Part shown: one piece after another, positions 52,301-61,300 of the stretch
Position numbering within the stretch: position 1 is the first letter of the stretch
How the letters are laid out: each line of letters opens with the position of its first letter
DNA from: Ruditapes philippinarum
Taxonomy: Eukaryota
Length of the DNA stretch: 64,000 nt
NCBI RefSeq assembly: GCF_026571515.1
Contig: NW_026865440.1
Location: 248,001-312,000 of the forward strand
Direction: 5' to 3'
The notes under the pieces: model-generated
Database searches by the model: none
Seen by the model: the letters and a program-made list of their open reading frames with translations, nothing else
Told to the model about the DNA's origin: nothing
Program-made: the position numbers and the translations under genes

Positions 52301-55300
52301 TATGTTTCCACGTTTAAGTATGAGAATATGTCTTATATTAAAAAAGCGAGAGGAAAACGTTTACTGTATCGGGTGAATAAGCTACGTCGAGTAACATACC
52401 TTGTATATATGTATTATTTGTATCATAGTTTGGGCTCTTTTCTGTTGAAAATGTGTCTTAGTTAAATCGTATACATATCCACCGTGCGTTAACTGGAGTG
52501 CAGGTATTAGTAACCCGCACTCCAGAGCATTATTGGCTCATTTTTGCTGGTGTTTACTTATTGTGACGGCATAGAAAGTGAAAGCGACAGAAATATCATA
52601 TTAAGATGCTCGTTCATTGGTAATTTTTCTCTGGGGTATCATATTGTGACAACAAGGAGCGTGTTTTTATGTTTGACTATGATACAAAAGAGAAAGAACA
52701 TCAAAACACTCGGCAATCTGATTAATAATCGGGAGCTACGCCCCCTCGTATAAATCAGATAACCTCGTGTTTCGATGCTCTTTCCTTTACATAGTAAACA
52801 GGTGCTGGATAGTAATTATGTTGTTGATGATCAAGGGGTGTTTTTGTTAATGATAATTTGACCATTATTGACATGGACAATGTGCCGTTCGTAATATTGT
52901 ATTAGAGAATCTGAACACAGTGTAATTTTGTTAAAACAAAAATAACTAAAATTTCCCCCATTGCTGAATGGGCGAATGCATATCTACTAGCTGCCGTGTG
53001 CACACGTCGTCTAATGATCAGGGTTTTTAACATTTCAAACCATTTATTGGTTAATAAAGTGTTCAGTTTAGTCTAATTATTGTTAACTTCATTCACAAAA
53101 AGATAAACATACTAAAATCATATAAAACGTACTTTAAAAACTCTGATAGTCTGTGTAAAGACGGGGTATATAAATGGAAATTGTGTAGAAAATATTGCTT
53201 TTTTGTTATTTTCTTAAAGCTGCTGTCGTTTTTGTATTGTGTTTCAAGTCAATCCAATTTCAAAGTCTGAAAAAGTGCCTTCAGCGACTGAGAATTTGCA
53301 CATTTAAATCTAAACGGTTTTTTTTTAAAAACGAGTTAACATTTCTTCATTTTAAAATCTCCGAAACAACCTTTGAAAGTAAAATCCGAGTATCTTTTTA
53401 AAGATACCTCTTGTTTGTTTTACCGCCAAATAATATAAAGAAAATACCAACTTTTCAGTCATGTTATAGGAAACTCAGCTTCCCATACATAGTTGTTAAA
53501 AGTGATCACGATTTACAGTTTTTAGGGACGCGTAAACAGAGGGCAAACCTTTATTCATCCCTGGTTTAAACCAGTATATAATATTTTTAAAAGAATAATC
53601 ATTAAACCAAGGAGGAGATAACTCTTATAATGAAGATGCTACACTTCTGAGCCTCTTCAAACATGATGTGAGTGGTGCCAAAGAACGAATATCTTAAGTC
53701 TAAAGGCAGCACACCACACTAATTGAAGCTACAGTTTCGAATGGCCAGGGAGGATTTCATGGAATTAGTGACTATTGTGGTTTTAAATGACATTGCTTTT
53801 AAACAGCATGCTCGGTGAAAACAAGTAATTTTACAGAAAGTAACANNNNNNNNNNNNNNNNNNNNNNNNNNNNNNNNNNNNNNNNNNNNNNNNNNNNNNN
53901 NNNNNNNNNNNNNNNNNNNNNNNNNNNNNNNNNNNNNNNNNNNNNNNNNNNNNNNNNNNNNNNNNNNNNNNNNNNNNNNNNNNNNNNNNCAGATATTAAT
54001 GAATTTTGAAGAAGAAACATTTAGAAATAAAGAAGTTACACAAAGAACAATATTGCTTTTAATGAAAGTTGTAAGTTTAAGGGGGTTATTCTGCTAAATT
54101 TATGATCCTTGTCACATATGATGTTGATAATAAGAAACATAAATTTCAATTTTAAAGTTAATACCTTTAGAAATAAAGAAGTTTTAGTGAAACATAGATT
54201 TTATGAAATAAAATCTGTCAAAATCAGGACGCTGTTGCAGACACTTGATAAGTAGGACCCATCTACATATACACCCCAGAGTCAAGCTAAAATTATGTGC
54301 ATACTCTCTATACTGTCATTTATCTATATTTCAAGTTTCATTAAAATATTTTCACTATTTTGAGTCTATTTGTTGCCACAACAACCTTTTTTTTTAATCT
54401 CAAGACTGCCATCTACCCATATTTTTTAAGTTAATAAAATATTCTTTGGTACTTTCTGCGTTATTAAGGATCCAGCTTTGTGAACGGGCAATATTGTAAA
54501 TTTTAACCAAAAGGAAGAAAACTCGAAAAATAAAATTATCCATGCGGACAGCACTTACGAAATAAATTTTTGTTGCCATTGTTGTTGTCTTTTTTTGGTA
54601 CACATGCATTTCTGTTGGTTTTCTTTTACGAAAATAATTCATTATGTCAAAGTTAGCAATCAACAGTGCCTTGAAACCGTCTGATTATTCATGCCGGCGT
54701 CTAAGTCCTCTAACAACTTTTGTTGTGCAGGGTTTATCAATAAAATTACATCATATAAGTACGCTCATTGGTGATCTTTCATTTATGTACATAATTCTCA
54801 AATAACAAAACGTGTAATGTAAATAATAAATGAATAAGTATTTCCTATTGAAAGGGGTTATATGGTCAATTATAAAGTGTAAAACGTTGACAGTTCATTT
54901 CAAAGCTTTTAACGAGCATGTTTAAGACACAAGACAGAAAGAAACCGTTCCGTTTTGTTGTAATTATATAAGATCCTGTATGTCATAAATAAGGTTGTTA
55001 CCACACTTAAGTGAAATTTATATATGTATATAATTATGCTTCTTAAACGATTTTCAAACAACGAAGAATATGTAAAATATGTACTGAAAATATTTGTCCT
55101 CATTATGTGTAATCATTAAAATATATGCATTCATATCTGATTGAACGAAATGACTTAGACTTTATAGGAACTAAATTTCAAATTAACATGAAATAGAAAT
55201 TTGGTAATATCTTTACAAATAATGATTTTTGGAACATACAATATTGATAAATCTTCATTTGAGCATTATATTTATGATATAAAACCATATAAAATCAGTA

Positions 55301-58300
55301 AAAGGATCTTAAGATTATTAAATAATTATTTATCACTTGTTTCATCCACGGGATTGATTGATGTGCATGTATCTTTTGACAATTTCCACACAAAAGTTAT
55401 GAACTTTCGGTTACATTGATAGATACTGCGGCACATTTTAAGATTTTCTTGAAGTTGATTGTGACTGAAAACCTAGAAATATTGTAGATTTACATTAAAT
55501 ATTTACCGCAAGATATTAAATTTGTTTTATCTGCAAAGTGGAAGAAATCGATTATAATCTCCGAAAGAGACAATTTTCATTTTTAAACACTGTTCTATTG
55601 TTGACGTTTCTGGCAATGACAATGGTCTGGAAACGCAATTATCTGCCATATCAAACAGACAAACGGAGATTTATGAAGTTTGTCAAAGCAATTTACGAAA
55701 AAATAAACGAGTTGATACTTATCAAAAATTGGAAACGTCGGGATCAAAACGCTACAGAAGTACATTTTTTAGTATTCTAGTATATTCTTTTATCAGCCTT
55801 TCTAAAGATATCTCAATAATGAAGTATTCATTAAAAAATAAAATATTTAAGCTTAAGAAATAACAAACCTGTCGTTTGCCGTCTTTTGATCTCATCAACA
55901 TCTCTCTTCACATCAGTTACATGTTCCTTTATGTCTTCAAGGTCTTTCTTCACGTCAGTTACATTTTTTTTCACGCCTGTCATTTCCTGTTTTAGTCGGT
56001 CAACATCGTCTTCATACTTCCACTTTTTTATTTCTTTCTGTATCCTTTTCTCTTCTTCCAGATCAAGAGGGCAAGTTTTGAATTCGTCGATTTTTTGCTG
56101 AATATTCAAAGCTGGAGAACTTAGACGAACAAGTATCTAAAACCGGAAATGAATAACTTTATCATTTCAGTTCCAATGTTTGATAATCTTGTGTTTATCA
56201 AAGATGTTGACACAACAATTTATATGTAAATAAAAGTATTAGACATGAAAGTCAAAATTTACTGCACAAGAGTCATGACGATCCTCTTTATTATAAAGGC
56301 TCTTGATGACAAGGGACAATTAACACTGTTTACCATCAATGAAAAAATACGTCTTAATCTTTTACTTTCACAAAGGTAACATCTGCATCTGATATCGTCA
56401 TTAATGACAGCAAAGTAACGATTGTGGATTCAAATGTGGATGCTTTTAAATTCAAGCCCCAGTAAGGGAAATCTATGACCCCCGAGGTGTGGCAAGTTTA
56501 ACACCAGGGACGTCCTCTAAACTATGTTCCCTGTAAAATATCTAAGCTGTCTAATTGACGCACTCAAACTACCTAACAATTTTGAAGCACTGAATGTATT
56601 GGAAACATGAAATATTTAATCACTGAATGTACTGGAAAACCTGGAAATTTTGAAGCACTATAATAACTAGAAAGATCAAAATTTCGTAGCATTAAAAGAA
56701 CTTAAAACCTGAAAATAGTGAAGAACTCAAAGTATTGCACAACCTTAAAACTGTGACGCACTGTAGATACTAAATGAAACCCTTAAATCGTGATTTTTTT
56801 AATTACTTGAATTCTGAAAATCGAGAAGCACTGAATGAACGGGAAACCTGAAAATTGTTAAACACTATAAAGCAATGAAATTAACCGAAAATTGTGACGT
56901 ACTGAAATAATTGGTACTTGAAAATTTTGAAGGACTGATATTACTGATACTTGAAAATTGTAACGCACTGAAAAAACTGTACGTCGAAACTTAGTCAAAC
57001 ACTGAAATCGTGAAACACTGAAAGCACTTGACACCTGAAAGTCGTGAAACACTAAAGGTACTTGACACCTGAAAATCGTGAAACACTAAAAGCACTTGAC
57101 ATTTAATAATCGTGACTCACTCAAAGTACTGATACTTTAAAATTGCGAAACATTGAAAGTACTTGACACCTGAAAATCGTGAAACACTGAAAGTACTTGA
57201 CACCTGAAAAATGTGACACACTGAAAGTACTTGACACCTGAAAATCGAGAAATACAGAAAGTTCTTGACACCTGAAAATTGTGAAGCACTGAATGCACTT
57301 GACACCCGAAAATCGTGACGCTCTTAAAGTACTGATACTTGAAAGTGTAAATGTTTTTTTTAAGTCTAAATACACCAAGCGTTCGCAGAGGTAAGTCAAA
57401 ATAATTCAGTTAGTGTTAAAGATTTCCAAAATTTACAAAAAAATATTTTCCAATCAAATGATCTTCACTGTGGAAGTAAAGTCTGAATTATAAAATTTGA
57501 AATTCCTACGTAGATCAAATTGGACATTTTGACAGAAATCACCTCTGAGAGGTAAGCTCAAAATTGTATTTTGCTTTTTTGCGTTGCTTTATTCAATAAC
57601 TAGTCGAGTCGATTTACACGGTTAGAATAGTTGTTCTTGAAGCAACGGAGACCTACTTCAAACGGAACAATAGTCCGAAAAATCACTTCCAGTCCCGTCA
57701 TGTCTAAAAGCCTCAATAGTGTCACTTAGGTAGAGCGAGAAGTGCTGTAAATAATTTCAATACTCAAATGAATCCATGGGGAAATTGGCTCGTTTGAAAT
57801 TCTTTGCTTGTTTTGACGTATATGTAGCGTCAACATGTATACTTATAAATGTTTAACGCTACATGCTTATATGGATTATGATTTTATATGATTTATTAAA
57901 TTTGAATATCCTATAATATGTTTCAATTCTTTAAGAATACATCATTTACCATATATAAAACTCTTTCTTTATTTAAAAAGTTGATTGAAAGGTTACAAAG
58001 ATAATAATAATACTATGAAAGCGAAATGTGCTTACCTGTTCAATATCATTCAACCAAACTGTGAAATCATTTTGTTGTATTGCAGTCGTTGTTGGTATAT
58101 GACTTATCTGAAATAAAAAAAACAATATGTTTCACCTGAAATATGAGCTCAAATTAACGAATTGGAGTTAAACAATCCCCCTCTTCTTTCTTTGCTTCTA
58201 CAGACCACCCACTACCCCCCTTCCAAAACAAACCAACAACAACACAGACCATTTTGTCAAGGGAGACATTGATAATTTTGAATATGAAAGTAAAGTAGAT

Positions 58301-61300
58301 TTTTTGTTTACATAGATTTAAGACCCCTTTTACGTCCGCAGTAATAAGAACGATAGAATGCAAATTATGCCAAATTTGTTTATAAGTGTATTTAGTTATA
58401 CAGGTTTTGCTTTCGACAAAATGCGGGGTATAAAACCCAAAGAGTGCGATATGCAGAAAACATCACAATTCACTTATTATGAATAAGATATAATGCCTTA
58501 CGAAGTTTATAAGCCCATACTAAGTAAAATGTTAAACATTTTATGGAAAAAGTACAAAAGGAAAATGCTACAAAATTATACAAAACTTAGCTAAATCCCA
58601 TCGTTTGTTCTTTAAGGTCAAGGTAATTGATTGCTCCAGATCTAGTTAAATATGGTATGCTTAAAGATTTTGTCAAAAGGGCTAGTGTGTTACAGCATGA
58701 CGAAAATTCATTTAGAAATTTCAAAGAAATGTTAAAGTTTGCGGTTTAGCACGTCCATACTACCAGGAACCAAATCACTCAAAATATCTCTGATTGTTTC
58801 AAGACTGCAGTAGTATCTCGGATTATTTCATGACGGCAGCAAAGCTCCGATTGTTTCATGGTGGCAGTAGAACCTTACATTAGTTCAAAACGGCATAAGA
58901 GCTCGGATGTTTCATGACGCCAGTAAAAGCTCCCTTTGTTTCATGACGGCAGTAAATACTTTGATTGTCACATGACGGAAGTGAAATCTCGGATGATTTC
59001 AAAACTGTAGTAATATCTCGGATTATTTCATGTAAGCAGTAATGTCACGGATTATGTAATGATTGTAGTTATACCTCGATTTATTACATGATGGCAGTAA
59101 TATCTCGTACTGTTTTATGACGGCAGCAATTTCTTGCATTATTTTATGTAGGCAGTAATATCACGGATAATGTAATGACTGTAGTTACACCTCGATTTAT
59201 TTCATGACGGATGGCAGTAATATCTCGTACTGTTTTATGACGGCAGCAATTTCTCGGACTGTTTCATGACTGCAGTACTATATCGGATTTTTTCATGACG
59301 ATATTATATCTAGGATTATTTAATGACGACAGTAATATGGCGGATTATTTCATGACTGCAGTTATATCTCGGATTATTTCATGACTGTAGTTATATCCCG
59401 GATTTATTTCATGACGGTAGTAAAATCTCTGTATGTGTCACGACGGCAGTAAAGCCTTGGATTATTTCATTGCAACAGTTATATATTTGATTATTTCATA
59501 ACAGCAGTAATATCCCGGAATATTTCATGACGGCAGTATTAACTCGGACTGTTTCATGAAGCAGTTTTATCTAGAACTGTTTTTTTAATGGACGTATTAT
59601 CTCGGATTGTTTTTTGATTGCAGTAATATCCCTGATTGTTTCATGACTGCAGAATTATCTCAGACTTTTTTATGATGGCACTATCATTTCGGATAAGGTT
59701 TCTTGACGGAAGTATAATCTAGGATTCTTTAATGACTGCAGTATTATCTCAGATTTTTTTAATTACTGCTTAAATATCTCGGATTCGATTTCTGCAGTAA
59801 TATTTCGGATTATTTCATGACAACAGTATTATATATGCTTGTTTCATGACTGTATAGTAGTAATATATTAGCCTTTTTGATGGTAATAATATTAACTCGT
59901 ATAACCCATAATTATTCATAAAAGTTATGATAACTCTAAAAATTTCATCCGAAATGTCTCATATTTCATGACGTCAGTATTATCTCGGATTATTTCATGA
60001 CTGCAGTATTATCTCGGGTTATTTCATGAGTGCAATATTATCTCGGATTGTTTCTTGACGGCAGTATTATCTCGGACTGTTTCATGACGCAGTATTATCT
60101 AAGACTGTTTTAAAGCGGTCGTTTTATCTCGGACTGTTTCATAACGCAGAAATATCTCGGATTATTTCGTAACGGCAGTATAAACTTTGATTTTGTCATG
60201 TTCGCAGTAATTTTTCAGATTATTACATGAGTGCAATAATTATTATCATGGCTTGTTTCTTTATGGCTGTATTACCTTAGATTATTTTAATGTCGGCACT
60301 TATGTCTCGGATTATTTAATGTAGGCAGTAATATATCGAATTATTTCATTTCTGTAGTTATATCCCGAATTATTTGATGACAGTAGTAAAATCTCCGATT
60401 CTTTCATGACGGCAGTAATATCTCGGATTATTTTATGATAAAAGGAATATATTAGATTAATTCATGACGGCAGTGTTATCTTGGATTATTTAATGACTGC
60501 ATATTTTATGATCTTTGATTGTTTTATGACAGCAATAACATCTTGAACTGTTTCTTGACGATAGTATTATCTTGAATAATTTCATGATGACAGTATTATC
60601 TTGGTTAAATTCATGACTGCAGTATTATCTCAAATTGTTTTTTAGCCCCGTTTTATCTAAGATTGTATTATCTTGGATTGTTTCTTGATGGTAGAAATAT
60701 CTCTGTTTGTTTCATGACGGCAGCAATATCTCAGATTATTTCATGATTGAAGTATTATCTCTGATTGTTACATGACGGTAGAAATATCTCTGATTATTTC
60801 CTGACGGCAGTATTATCTCGGATTGTTTCTTTACGGTAGTAATATCTCGTACTGTTCTTTGTCAGCAGTATTAACTCGGATTGATTAATAACTGCACTTA
60901 TATCTCGCATTTTTCATGGCGGCATAATTATCTTATTTATTGTTTTATGACGGCAGTATTAACTCAAATTGATTCTTGGCGGCAGTATTATCTTGGATTG
61001 TTTCATACCGGCATTATTATCCCGGATTCTTTCTTGGCAGCAGTATTATCTTTGATTGTTTCATGACGCGGTATTATCTCGGATTGTTTCTTGGCGACAG
61101 TTTTAACTCGGATTATTTTATGACTGCTGTTTTATCTCGGATTATTTCATGACGGAAGTATTACCTAGGATGGTTTATTGGAGGCAGTTTTATCTCGATT
61201 TTTTATGATAGCAGTTTTATCTTGGATTATTTTGATGATAGTAGTAATATCTTAGCAGATTTGCTGATAGTAGTAACACCTCGTATTATGTCGTGATTGA

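Noticed and set aside
55400-55475. Possible extra NLR exon after ttctAG/tttcAG
   Set aside because: Phase-compatible frames hit stops or lack a convincing donor.
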